Below, one piece after another: positions 29,307-38,423 of a stretch of DNA of 62,494 bases. Each line of letters opens with the position of its first letter. Positions within the stretch are counted from its first letter, which is position 1. The notes under the pieces were generated by a model, which saw nothing but the letters and a program-made list of their open reading frames with translations, had not been told where the DNA came from and searched no databases. This DNA comes from an uncultured Anaerolinea sp. (GTDB lineage: Bacteria; Chloroflexota; Anaerolineae; Anaerolineales; Villigracilaceae). The stretch is from positions 4,353-66,846 of the forward strand of contig CAZQES010000001.1 of the NCBI GenBank assembly GCA_964591425.1, given 5' to 3'. The position numbers and the translations under genes are program-made.

Positions 29307-30749
29307 TCAAACAAATCTTCTCAACCGAAACTCACTCCTCACCAAGCCAAACAAATTCCTCGGCACATTGACCAATCCCCTCAACGATGGCTCACGCAAC
29401 GCCTTTCTCGCACGAAACTCATAATGGACTCGTCCGTGCAAGACGCGGTAAAACTCCGTTGGGAAGGGACCGCGATAGAGCATTGCCAAGTCTTCCGAGT
29501 CAACCCAGTTTTGTTTTTCGCCTAATTCCAATTTGACGCGCTCGTAAAACTTCGTGCCGGGCAACGGGTATGAAACCGAAATGCCGATATCATCGGGCGC
29601 GCACTCGCGCACCATTTTCAACGTTTTTTTCACATCGTCCCATGTTTCCCCTGGGTAGCCGAACTGCAAGAAGAATCCCACTTCGATCCCGTTCGCGCGC
29701 AACAGGCGCGCCGCGTTGTAAATATCCTCTACCGTGTCGCCCTTGTCCATCGCGTCGAGGATTCTTTGCGAGCCAGACTCTGCGCCGATCCACACGGTCT
29801 TACAGCCTGCCTTCGCCAGCGCGGCGGCAGTCTTCTCGTTGACCAAGTCTGCGCGTTGCAAACACTTGAATGGAATGACTGCATCCGCTTCACGCAACAA
29901 CGACGCGAACCTCTCGATCCAATTCGGCTTCAATCCCAAAATATCATCCGCAAACCAGATGTGATCGGGCGCGAATGTTACCTTGATCCATTTCATCTCG
30001 GCGACCACATTTTCAGGCGAGCGCGAGTTGTAGCGTTGTCCCCAGATCGGTTTGGCGCACCAGTTGCAATGATACGGACAGCCGCGCGTGGTGACCATGT
30101 TCATCGAAAAATAGCCGTGTCGCTCCAGCCAGATGTTTTTGTATTTTTGGATGTCTACTAAATCCCATGCGGGGAAGGGAAGTTTGTCGAGGTCCGTGAT
30201 ATCGGGTCTACGTGAACTAGAGAGAATTGGAGAATTAAGAGATTGGAGACTGGAGACTGGTGGAGATTGGTATGCAAGACCGAGAATGGAATCGATGCTC
30301 GCCTCCCTCCGCCCTTCGAGCTGGTTCAGCAACTCAAGCAGGGACTCTTCCCCTTCGCCGAGGATGCAGAAGTCCGCGCCTTTCTCCAGATAAATTGAGT
30401 AATGATCGGTCGCGTCCGCGCCGCAGAGGATGACAGTGCATCCACGTGACTTTGCCATCCGAATCATTTTGAACGCGGCTTCGCGCATCCGCAGGAGGCA
30501 CATCTTGGAGAGATAATTGAAATTATCTTCGTAAATGATCGCGTAGCGAGGCTGATGCTCATCGAGCGCGACCGCCCACTCCTCCTCCGACTCTGCCAGC
30601 ATGGCATCGAACAACGCGACATCGTATCCGTGCTGACGGAGCCAACTCGCAGCATACATCGTCCCCAGCGGCGGATAGGGTTGCATCGCTTCCCACAGTT
30701 TCGGGTCGAAGCGCAGGAAGTAGGATTGTCCGAGGAGGATTTGGGTCAT
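29307..30749 (-). CDS. B12-binding radical SAM enzyme
   Basis: YPPLG cobalamin-domain start; RGCPYHCNWC; GAESGSQRILDAM. Confidence 0.94.
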   Translation of the reverse strand: MTQILLGQSYFLRFDPKLWEAMQPYPPLGTMYAASWLRQHGYDVALFDAMLAESEEEWAVALDEHQPRYAIIYEDNFNYLSKMCLLRMREAAFKMIRMAKSRGCTVILCGADATDHYSIYLEKGADFCILGEGEESLLELLNQLEGRREASIDSILGLAYQSPPVSSLQSLNSPILSSSRRPDITDLDKLPFPAWDLVDIQKYKNIWLERHGYFSMNMVTTRGCPYHCNWCAKPIWGQRYNSRSPENVVAEMKWIKVTFAPDHIWFADDILGLKPNWIERFASLLREADAVIPFKCLQRADLVNEKTAAALAKAGCKTVWIGAESGSQRILDAMDKGDTVEDIYNAARLLRANGIEVGFFLQFGYPGETWDDVKKTLKMVRECAPDDIGISVSYPLPGTKFYERVKLELGEKQNWVDSEDLAMLYRGPFPTEFYRVLHGRVHYEFRARKALREPSLRGLVNVPRNLFGLVRSEFRLRRFV

Positions 30750-31768
30750 CGTTTCATCCTGTCATTGCGAGGAGCCGATAGGTGACGAAGCAATCTCCGT
30801 AAGGGAGGGGATTGTGTCGCCACGGTGCCACGCGACTCTTCGTCGGGCAAAGCCCTTCTCGCGATGACATGTAGTTTCTTTTCAAACACTTCCCGCGTCC
30901 ACTTGCGGTGATGATGGAAATTGCCCTGACAAACCTCGGCGGTGAAGACAGTTTCTTCGCCGAAGCCGGGTTGTTGGGAGAAGCGCGCGATCTTGCGGGT
31001 CCTTTCCCATGATTCGAATTTGTCGCCGAGGCTGCCATGCAATACCCGTTCCGTCATTGCGAGGAGGGCTTTGCCCGACGAAGCAATCTCGTTCACCGTG
31101 TTGGAGATTGCTTCGTCGCTCCCGCTGGTCGCTCCTCGCAATGACGAATTCGCGTTAGGTAAAAACTCACTCGCCCACGCGTTGACCTGCATCAGCTCTC
31201 GGTATGTATCCATCCCTGTGATCGGAATCATCTGAATCAACTCGCGCGCGGAATACAGATCATGCAGGGGCCATTCCAACGCGGATTCGGAGACGATGAG
31301 ATTCGGGCAAATGGTGTGACCGAACGGACGCACGAATCGGTTGAACAGCAGAGCAAAGGCACGCGCCGTCCATACGCGTCCCGGCGCAGTGACGAGCATG
31401 TAATCGAAATCTGCATTTTTTGAAATATTCAAGACTGCTAGCGATCCTGTCAACGCGACCATGCGGATGAAGGGCAACGCGCCGAGAATCTGCCCGTGGC
31501 GCAAAGCAATCGGAAGTAATTTTCTCGAACGCGCTTCGCGCTGTTTGCGAATCTCAGTGATCTCGTCACGACCTGCAAGAAAATAGAATTCGCCGTGATG
31601 ATTCACATGTCCGTTCAAGGATGACAGCGCAATTTCCAACTCGTGTGCTTGAGCGCGCACGGGAAGATAGCGATGCAACTCATCGAAGCGCAAAGGATAG
31701 TCGAAGATGTCCGAGTAGGTCAGGGCTTCGAGGATGGCACGTTCGAGAGAGGTCGACGCGGAGGGCAT
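30746..31768 (-). CDS. Hypothetical protein with Pol-beta-like nucleotidyltransferase motif; carries two translated palindromic repeats
   Basis: LTGSLA..ADFDY motif; repeat A at 31053-31145 and 30761-30868. Confidence 0.7.
   Translation of the reverse strand: MPSASTSLERAILEALTYSDIFDYPLRFDELHRYLPVRAQAHELEIALSSLNGHVNHHGEFYFLAGRDEITEIRKQREARSRKLLPIALRHGQILGALPFIRMVALTGSLAVLNISKNADFDYMLVTAPGRVWTARAFALLFNRFVRPFGHTICPNLIVSESALEWPLHDLYSARELIQMIPITGMDTYRELMQVNAWASEFLPNANSSLRGATSGSDEAISNTVNEIASSGKALLAMTERVLHGSLGDKFESWERTRKIARFSQQPGFGEETVFTAEVCQGNFHHHRKWTREVFEKKLHVIARRALPDEESRGTVATQSPPLRRLLRHLSAPRNDRMKR
30761..30868. repeat. Palindromic repeat family A (in CDS C-terminus; contains a 23-nt insert)
   Basis: GTCATTGCGAG...GAAGCAATC...GATTG..CTTCG...CTCGCGATGAC. 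Confidence 0.9.
31053..31145. repeat. Palindromic repeat family A, in-frame inside CDS
   Basis: 93 nt from GTCATTGCGAGGAG to CTCCTCGCAATGAC. Confidence 0.92.
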
Positions 31769-31779
31769 GGGAACATCAC

Positions 31780-33285
31780 CTAGGCTGAATCAACCGCAAG
31801 TCCGCGAGGGAAGCGGCGTTGGATCGCTTGAAGAATCGTCAACCCGGAGTTGAAGAACAATCCAGCCGCGAAGATCGCCGCGTACAACGCGATCAGCCAG
31901 TTGGAATTTTGAATCGCGAGCCAGACCGTCCCCGAATTGAACAACGCGAGGAGGATCTCGAAGGCGACGAGCAGGTCCACTTGGACGTAGTATCGTCTTG
32001 ATTCCCATTTTTGCGTGCGGGCGGTGATGCCGTATTTCGGGGTCCGTTCGAACGCGCCCCTGCGCCCTGCCCAAACTTGGAGCGCGGCGCGCAAGGTGTT
32101 GAGCATGAGACCCGCGCCGAGCGCGGCTAACACGATAAACGACGGAAGAAAAGCCACCCAGCGTTTACGCAACGAGTTCTGCGCGACCGCCGTCAATGCG
32201 ATCGGCGCCAGCGCGGTGAAATTGAAGACGACCGCAATACCGAACAGACTGATCAAGCCCGGATATCGTTCGGAGAGCGCGACGACCAGCGGATACAAGA
32301 ACACGCACATGAACAACAACAGATGAATCAAATAACCCGTGAGATGCAGGCTCGCTTGAATCTTTCGCGCGAGGCTCGCATCGGACTTCCAAATGAGCGG
32401 AATGTAACGAACTGCGCAGTCGAACCCGCCGTGCGCCCAACGATGTTGCTGGCGGCGAAAGGCTGTAAAACTGACCGGCAGTTCAGACGGCACTTCGACC
32501 TCGCCCGCATAGCGCGCGCGCCAACCGCGCAGATACGCGCGATACGAAAGGTCGAGGTCTTCGGTGAGGGTCTCCGCTTTCCATCCGCCTGAGTCAATGA
32601 TCGCGGTTTTGCGCCACACGCCCGCCGTGCCGTTGAAGTTGAACCACAAACCGAGTTGCGAGCGCGCGAGTTGTTCTACCGCGAAATGCGCGTCGAGCGA
32701 GAGCGATTGCAGAAAGGTCAGCAACGAGTAGCCGCTGTTCAAATGTCCCCAGCGCGCCTGTACAAAAGCGATGTTGGCTTCATCAAAATACGGAAGAATT
32801 TTTTTTAGAAAATCAGGATTGGGGACAAAATCCGCGTCGAAGATGGCGATGAATTCGCCTTTGGCTGTTTTCAATCCGTCAGCCAATGCGCCCGCTTTGA
32901 AACCCTGACGATCGGTGCGATGCAGATGAAGAATGGCAATGCCCCGTGCGCGGATGCGCTCCACGGTTCGTGCGACGAGTGAAACTGTCTCATCCGTGGA
33001 ATCATCCAACACCTGGATCTCGAACCGCTCACGCGGATAATCGAGCGCGGCGGCGGCTTCGATCAATCGCTCCGCCACGTACAACTCGTTGTAGATCGGC
33101 AGTTGGACTGTGACCACCGGCAACGACTCGAGATCGAGAGGCAAAGGTTCGATCGAGAGCGCATCGCGCCGCTTCCACGCGTGATAGGAAAGGTATAAAA
33201 AGTTCAAGCCGTACATGAACAAGGATGTGACGACTAGAAAATAAATTACAGTGACGGGAATGAAGAGGGTGTCGAGCCAAGTCAT
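31780..33285 (-). CDS. Membrane GT2 glycosyltransferase (cellulose-synthase-like)
   Basis: QLPIYNE, DDSTD, KAGAL, FDAD, TED, QQHRW. Confidence 0.95.
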   Translation of the reverse strand: MTWLDTLFIPVTVIYFLVVTSLFMYGLNFLYLSYHAWKRRDALSIEPLPLDLESLPVVTVQLPIYNELYVAERLIEAAAALDYPRERFEIQVLDDSTDETVSLVARTVERIRARGIAILHLHRTDRQGFKAGALADGLKTAKGEFIAIFDADFVPNPDFLKKILPYFDEANIAFVQARWGHLNSGYSLLTFLQSLSLDAHFAVEQLARSQLGLWFNFNGTAGVWRKTAIIDSGGWKAETLTEDLDLSYRAYLRGWRARYAGEVEVPSELPVSFTAFRRQQHRWAHGGFDCAVRYIPLIWKSDASLARKIQASLHLTGYLIHLLLFMCVFLYPLVVALSERYPGLISLFGIAVVFNFTALAPIALTAVAQNSLRKRWVAFLPSFIVLAALGAGLMLNTLRAALQVWAGRRGAFERTPKYGITARTQKWESRRYYVQVDLLVAFEILLALFNSGTVWLAIQNSNWLIALYAAIFAAGLFFNSGLTILQAIQRRFPRGLAVDSA

Positions 33286-33286
33286 G

Positions 33287-34669
33287 TTATTTCGACCTCA
33301 CCCCCGTCCCCTCTCCCACTGGGAGAGGGGAGTTAATTGCTACAGCAACCAATCCCCATGCCAGCCACTGCCATATTCTGCCCGGAGTTGAAAACCACGT
33401 GTAGTAATCGAAGAAGCCAACGACCGTGACTGCGAGGAGCAGTCCCATCGCGCCGATGACGTGCGGACTCGCGCGCAGGTCCGCGCGGCGCGAAAACGCG
33501 ACCCACGGCAGAATCATCAACAGGAAGTAGAAGATCGCGCCGAACATACCGGTCTCGAGCGCGACCGTCAGCAAGACAAAATGAGGCGGTTGGTAATTGT
33601 AGGTTTCAGGGAGTTGGGGGATCTCATTGCGAAGCGCGAGGGGAGAAACAGACATGCCGATCCCGGTCAACGCGTATTTTGAAAAAACATAGTTGGCGGA
33701 TTCAATGAGGAACAATCGCTCCTTCACTGCGCCACGCTCGGAACGAACCACCTCGAACGACCGCCCTGCATTGAAACGCGCGCCGAAATAACTTGCATTC
33801 ACAACAATGAACGGAAGCAAAACGAGCGCCGTGGAAATGAAAAGCAACAAAAGCGATTTGAGGAATGCCCAGCCGCGCGCCTTCGCCTCAAACCCGATAA
33901 TGAAAACTGATCCCGTTATGAAAGCCAGCCACGCTGACCGGGAAAAGGTCATGACCAGCGCGAGACTTAATAAAGCAAAACCGATGCCGAGGATGAGAGA
34001 ATTTTTACGCTCGCTTCGGAGGTACACGGTCAAAAGGATGAGCAGGCTGAAAGCGAGGCACCCACCCAAAATGTTGGGATGATCCGACAATCCGTACGCG
34101 CGCAAGAAGCGGGTCATCCCATCCGAGACGATGCTCACGCCCGACCAGGCTGGGTCGAGCGTGTATTCGCCCAAGACTTGTAATCCCACCGCTCGCTGCA
34201 ACAAGGATTGCGCGATGCCAACGACTGCCTGCAAAGCGCCTTGCAATCCTATCGCGAGGGCGATGGCAAAAACGGAAAACTGCTGGTTGACCACGAAGAG
34301 ATAAAAAAGAAATAACAGACATAAGCGGATAGCGTGGTAAAAAGAAAGCGCGGCATCAACACTGGAAAGGACGGAAACCAGCGCCAACGCGGTCAACCCC
34401 GCGAGCGGAATCCACACGAGAGGCGGACCCAGACGCATGGGTTGAAGGTTGACTCGCCGGGCAAATCCCCAGGCGATCAATGTGATAAGCATGGCAACAT
34501 CGGGTAGGAAGAGCAGAAAATCGGTGTAGTCGCTGTAGAGTCCTTCGATAGGACGCGACTGCAACACCCATCGCAGGCGAACGGGCGCGATGACAAGTGT
34601 GGCGAAGAAGGCGAGCTTTGCAAGCCGTTCTGTCCAATGCGGTTTTGTTTTCGAGGATGTGGAATCCAT
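33287..34669 (-). CDS. O-antigen ligase/Wzy-like membrane protein
   Basis: RAYGLSDHPNILG, TFSRSAW, PPH..ETG; start uncertain (34669 or 34699). Confidence 0.88.
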   Translation of the reverse strand: MDSTSSKTKPHWTERLAKLAFFATLVIAPVRLRWVLQSRPIEGLYSDYTDFLLFLPDVAMLITLIAWGFARRVNLQPMRLGPPLVWIPLAGLTALALVSVLSSVDAALSFYHAIRLCLLFLFYLFVVNQQFSVFAIALAIGLQGALQAVVGIAQSLLQRAVGLQVLGEYTLDPAWSGVSIVSDGMTRFLRAYGLSDHPNILGGCLAFSLLILLTVYLRSERKNSLILGIGFALLSLALVMTFSRSAWLAFITGSVFIIGFEAKARGWAFLKSLLLLFISTALVLLPFIVVNASYFGARFNAGRSFEVVRSERGAVKERLFLIESANYVFSKYALTGIGMSVSPLALRNEIPQLPETYNYQPPHFVLLTVALETGMFGAIFYFLLMILPWVAFSRRADLRASPHVIGAMGLLLAVTVVGFFDYYTWFSTPGRIWQWLAWGLVAVAINSPLPVGEGTGVRSK

Positions 34670-34864
34670 TTTCACAGTCAGCCAGTCGGACGTGTTCACT
34701 TACGGTAGTTCAAGAAAGTTTAGGCGAGGGTTCGTTTTGCTTGGCAAACGGTACCGCCTTACTTGACACAGTGCAACTGCGCCAAGAACTTGCGAAGGGC
34801 TTATTATAATTACGAATTGGACGCCTTATGCTTGAGTTTATCATCTTCACACCAATGAGCCATC

Positions 34865-35863
34865 ATGCCGCGTGAGATCGTCGTGAACGGACGGTTCCTC
34901 GCGCGGCGCGTCACAGGTGTTGAAAGATACGGACGTGAAATCTTGAGGTTGTTCAAAGGGAATCATCGTGTGGAGAAAACGAACGCCCAAGGAATTTTGG
35001 GTCATGCCTGGGAAGAGTTTACCCTGCCAACGAAATTGAATCGTGATTCCGTTTTGTGGTCGCCTGCCAATTCAGGACCGGTTCTTGTTCGCAACCAAGC
35101 CCTGACCATCCATGATTTGAGTCCGCTCGAACATCCCGAATGGTTTACGAGAAGTTATTCAGTTTGGTATCGTTTATTTTTGCCGATCCTTGCCAAGCGC
35201 GTTCGCGTCATTTTCACGCCGTCTGAATATGTGAAGCAAAAGGTGATGGAACGATTTGGGGTTAGGAATGTGGTTGTCACGCCGAATGGTGTGGATACAT
35301 CCGTTTTTCATCCCATCCCTCGCAATGACGGGAAATTAGATTTTCCCAAAAAATACATCCTCTTCGTCAGCTCGATCCAGCCGCGCAAAAATCTCGAAGG
35401 ATTGATGCGTGCCTGGCAACAGGTCAAAGACAAGTTCAAGGACACGTGGCTGGTCGTTGCGGGCGGATCGGGACGCCCCTTCCGCTCGGTCAAATTTCCC
35501 AGCGATGAACGCATCCGCTTTTTGAAGTATGTTTCGGACGATGCATTGCCCGCTTTGTATGCCAACGCGGAGCTATTCGTGCTCCCGTCGTTCGATGAAG
35601 GTTTCGGATTACCCGCGCTCGAAGCGATGGCGTGTGGAACGCCGGTCATTGTCTCCAACGGCGGTGCGCTGCCTGAAGTGGTCGGCGACGCGGGATTAAT
35701 TTTCAGTTTAGAGAAGCCTGATACCCTCGACCAGGAAATGGAACGATGTTTGAGCGATGAAAATTTGCGCATGTCGCTCATCGAAAAAGGACTAGCGCGA
35801 GCAAAAAATTTCTCATGGCAAAACACCGCAGATTTGATCTGGAAAACGCTGAATGAACTCTAA
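34865..35863 (+). CDS. GT4 glycosyltransferase (WbaZ/MtfB-like)
   Basis: TGVERY, PRKN, EGFGLPALEAMACG. Confidence 0.94.
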   Translation: MPREIVVNGRFLARRVTGVERYGREILRLFKGNHRVEKTNAQGILGHAWEEFTLPTKLNRDSVLWSPANSGPVLVRNQALTIHDLSPLEHPEWFTRSYSVWYRLFLPILAKRVRVIFTPSEYVKQKVMERFGVRNVVVTPNGVDTSVFHPIPRNDGKLDFPKKYILFVSSIQPRKNLEGLMRAWQQVKDKFKDTWLVVAGGSGRPFRSVKFPSDERIRFLKYVSDDALPALYANAELFVLPSFDEGFGLPALEAMACGTPVIVSNGGALPEVVGDAGLIFSLEKPDTLDQEMERCLSDENLRMSLIEKGLARAKNFSWQNTADLIWKTLNEL

Positions 35864-36938
35864 CTCCCGCATCGCCTTCGTCCTTGACACATTGCCCTCC
35901 ATCGGCGGCGGGGAAAAGGTGTTGTTCGCCGCGCTGGAGGCGTATCCGCACGCGGATATTTTCACGCTCATCTACAACAAGAAAGTGTTCCTCAACTCGC
36001 CAATCGCAAAACGAAAAATCAATACAGCATGGCTGGATGCGTTCCCGTTCGCGCATTCACATCACCGGTTACTCCTCCCGCTCATGCCAGCCGCCATTGA
36101 GGGAATCAATTTACACGACTACGACCTCATTGTTTCATTCAATTATGCGGTGGCGAACGGCGCGCAGAATCACAACGGCGCGCGTCACGTGTCGTACACG
36201 CACACACCCCTGCGCTACGCGTGGACAGACCTCAATCTCAACGGAAGAAACACACGCCGCAATCCAATTCTCGACAAGTACATGCAAGCCTTCCGCGCAT
36301 GGGACAAACGCGCCGCGTCGCGCGTCGATGCCATTGCCACCAATTCGCAAACCGTGCATCAGAGAATTCAGCGCGCGTATGAACGCGAGGCGCAGGTCAT
36401 CCATCCGCCCGTAGAAGTGGAACGGTTCAGCCCAAGCGATCGACGCGAGGATTATTTCGTCACGGTCACGCGTCTCGTCCCGCACAAACGCGTGGACCTG
36501 CTCGTACGAGCGTTCAACCAACTCAATCTTCCGCTCGTCATCATCGGCGATGGACCCGAACTGCCGCGCTTGAAAGCGATGGCGAATCCAAATATCAAGT
36601 TTTTAGGGTTTCAATCCGATGAAGAAGTCGCTGAGTTGTTGAGCAAAGCGCGCGCCTTCGTGTGTGCGGCGGAGGAGGATTTCGGCATCGCCATCGTGGA
36701 AGCGCAGGCGGCAGGATGCCCTGTCATCGCCTATGGTTCGGGCGGCGCAAGAGAGACCGTGATCGAAAATATCACCGGTATATTTTTTCAAGAACAAACC
36801 GCCGAAAGTTTAACAGACGCGGTTCAGCGATTCGAAAAAAGTTTCGAGGGTTTTTCACCAGCCCCCATTGTGCAAAATTCACAGCGGTTCAGCAAACCGC
36901 GTTTTATTCGGGAATTCATGGATTTCGTCGGGTCATAG
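35853..36938 (+). CDS. GT4 glycosyltransferase
   Basis: GGGEKV, HTPLRYAW, EDFGIAIVEAQAAG. Confidence 0.94.
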   Translation: MNSNSRIAFVLDTLPSIGGGEKVLFAALEAYPHADIFTLIYNKKVFLNSPIAKRKINTAWLDAFPFAHSHHRLLLPLMPAAIEGINLHDYDLIVSFNYAVANGAQNHNGARHVSYTHTPLRYAWTDLNLNGRNTRRNPILDKYMQAFRAWDKRAASRVDAIATNSQTVHQRIQRAYEREAQVIHPPVEVERFSPSDRREDYFVTVTRLVPHKRVDLLVRAFNQLNLPLVIIGDGPELPRLKAMANPNIKFLGFQSDEEVAELLSKARAFVCAAEEDFGIAIVEAQAAGCPVIAYGSGGARETVIENITGIFFQEQTAESLTDAVQRFEKSFEGFSPAPIVQNSQRFSKPRFIREFMDFVGS

Positions 36939-37688
36939 TTGGACAACCAGCAGGCGGTCGCCGGTCGGCTGTTCGCTTCCGCCCGCAGGTTCGACGGTCA
37001 CGCCGATGGCGATGAATTCCCCCAACGGAGCGGATGACTGGATCAACGCGGTTGTGTACCTTTGTCCACTGGCAGGGACGAACAAGCCGGCGCCGATAGG
37101 CTTCCCGGTCTGGTCGATCAACCAGACCTGATACATCTGCGCGGCATCCAACTCGGGCAGATTCCACAAGAGCAGGACAGCCATCGGACGGTCTTTATTC
37201 ACGAGTGCAGAACCGGTCAGGTTCTGGACGTCGGGATCGATCATGTGAATCTGCGTATCCGGAAATGCCAACATGCCGATCGCGGCTTGTTCAGCCGCCA
37301 TCCGTTCGGCAAGCGCGTCCTGCTGTTGCCGCAACTCACGGATCTGTGACGTGGAGTAGATGTTCAAAGCGATCAATGCCAGCACAACCACAGCGTTGAC
37401 GAGTTGCCCGAGTGAGAAACGATCGAATTGGGGCATCAACCTCCCCGTCCGTTTTGAAGCGGAGGGAAGGTGAGTCAGCAGATTACGGCGCAGGCGCGCG
37501 GGGGGAGTCCGCGGCGGGAGCGCGTGTAAAAGTCCCGTTGAGATGGCTTGATATCCCGTCAGTTCCGCCTTGCAGTCTTCACAAGTCGCGATATGGGATT
37601 CGAGCGCGACAAGTTCTTCGGCATCCAGCGCGCCGAGGCTGTAGGCGGGAAGATTCTCCTGAAACGGTTGGCACTGCTCTCGCAACAT
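36933..37688 (-). CDS. RskA-like anti-sigma factor
   Basis: AYSLGALD..HIATCEDC zinc-finger, TM helix, YQVWLI..VTVEPAGGSEQPT. Confidence 0.92.
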   Translation of the reverse strand: MLREQCQPFQENLPAYSLGALDAEELVALESHIATCEDCKAELTGYQAISTGLLHALPPRTPPARLRRNLLTHLPSASKRTGRLMPQFDRFSLGQLVNAVVVLALIALNIYSTSQIRELRQQQDALAERMAAEQAAIGMLAFPDTQIHMIDPDVQNLTGSALVNKDRPMAVLLLWNLPELDAAQMYQVWLIDQTGKPIGAGLFVPASGQRYTTALIQSSAPLGEFIAIGVTVEPAGGSEQPTGDRLLVVQL

Positions 37689-37710
37689 CAATTACAACTC
37701 TCTACTTAAG

Positions 37711-37737
37711 TACGTCGTAACTCATGACGTTAGATTT
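37711..37737 (-). promoter_or_regulatory. Putative ECF promoter of the anti-sigma gene
   Basis: Minus strand AAATCT-N17-CGTA, same geometry as 38360-38386. Confidence 0.6.
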
Positions 37738-38314
37738 ACTTTTCTGTTTCATCGAGCCATTCCCTTCGCAGGGATTGCATCGCGGCGCGCAGGCGCGTTT
37801 TGACGGTGCCGAGAGGCAGGCGCAGCGCGTCGGCGATCTCGCTCTGGCTCATGCCTTTGTAATAGGCGAGATCGATCAGTTGGCGTTGTTCGATTGGAAG
37901 GGATTGCACGGCAAAATACAAACTGCGCCAGCGCGCTTCGGAACTCGACGCATTTTCATCAGCAAGGACCTGCCACATTTCTTCGGGATCTTGTTCATTG
38001 GAGGCCGGCAGGCGACGGCTTTCCAGCCTCAACCGATCCTGTGCGGTGTGATGGGCAATCGTAAGCAACCACGATGAAAGTTCGCCCTGACTGGGGATGA
38101 ACTGCCTCGCCCGGCTCCACAACTTCAGGAACGTATCCTGCGTGGCTTCCTCCGCCAGCATCGCGTCGCCCAGTACGCGCATGGTCAACGCGTAGACGCG
38201 GGAGGCAAAGCGATCGTACAGCGCGAGGAAGGCGCTCTCGTCGCGGCGTGCAACCTGTTGCGCCAGTTCAGAATCGGTGGACGGTTTCAACGAATACTGC
38301 TCCAAAACCCGCAA
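37736..38314 (-). CDS. ECF sigma factor (SigK-like)
   Basis: AEEATQDTFLKLW, SWLLTIAH, EIADALRLPLGTVKTRL. Confidence 0.95.
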   Translation of the reverse strand: MRVLEQYSLKPSTDSELAQQVARRDESAFLALYDRFASRVYALTMRVLGDAMLAEEATQDTFLKLWSRARQFIPSQGELSSWLLTIAHHTAQDRLRLESRRLPASNEQDPEEMWQVLADENASSSEARWRSLYFAVQSLPIEQRQLIDLAYYKGMSQSEIADALRLPLGTVKTRLRAAMQSLRREWLDETEK

Positions 38315-38359
38315 TATTGTAACTCAGCGATGGTAGTTTGGTCAGCCGCGAAATTTTAA

Positions 38360-38386
38360 AAATCCGATAACGCCCTTCCGGGCGTA
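38360..38386 (+). promoter_or_regulatory. Putative ECF promoter of the Opp-type operon
   Basis: AAATCC-N17-CGTA. Confidence 0.62.
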
Positions 38387-38423
38387 TTAACGGATGAAGT
38401 ACATTACGAAAGAGGAGAAACCC

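Noticed and set aside
34748-34758. ops-like GGCGGTACCGT upstream of the glycan operon (minus strand)
   Set aside because: Mismatch at a conserved base, short enough to be chance, and no RfaH-like gene visible
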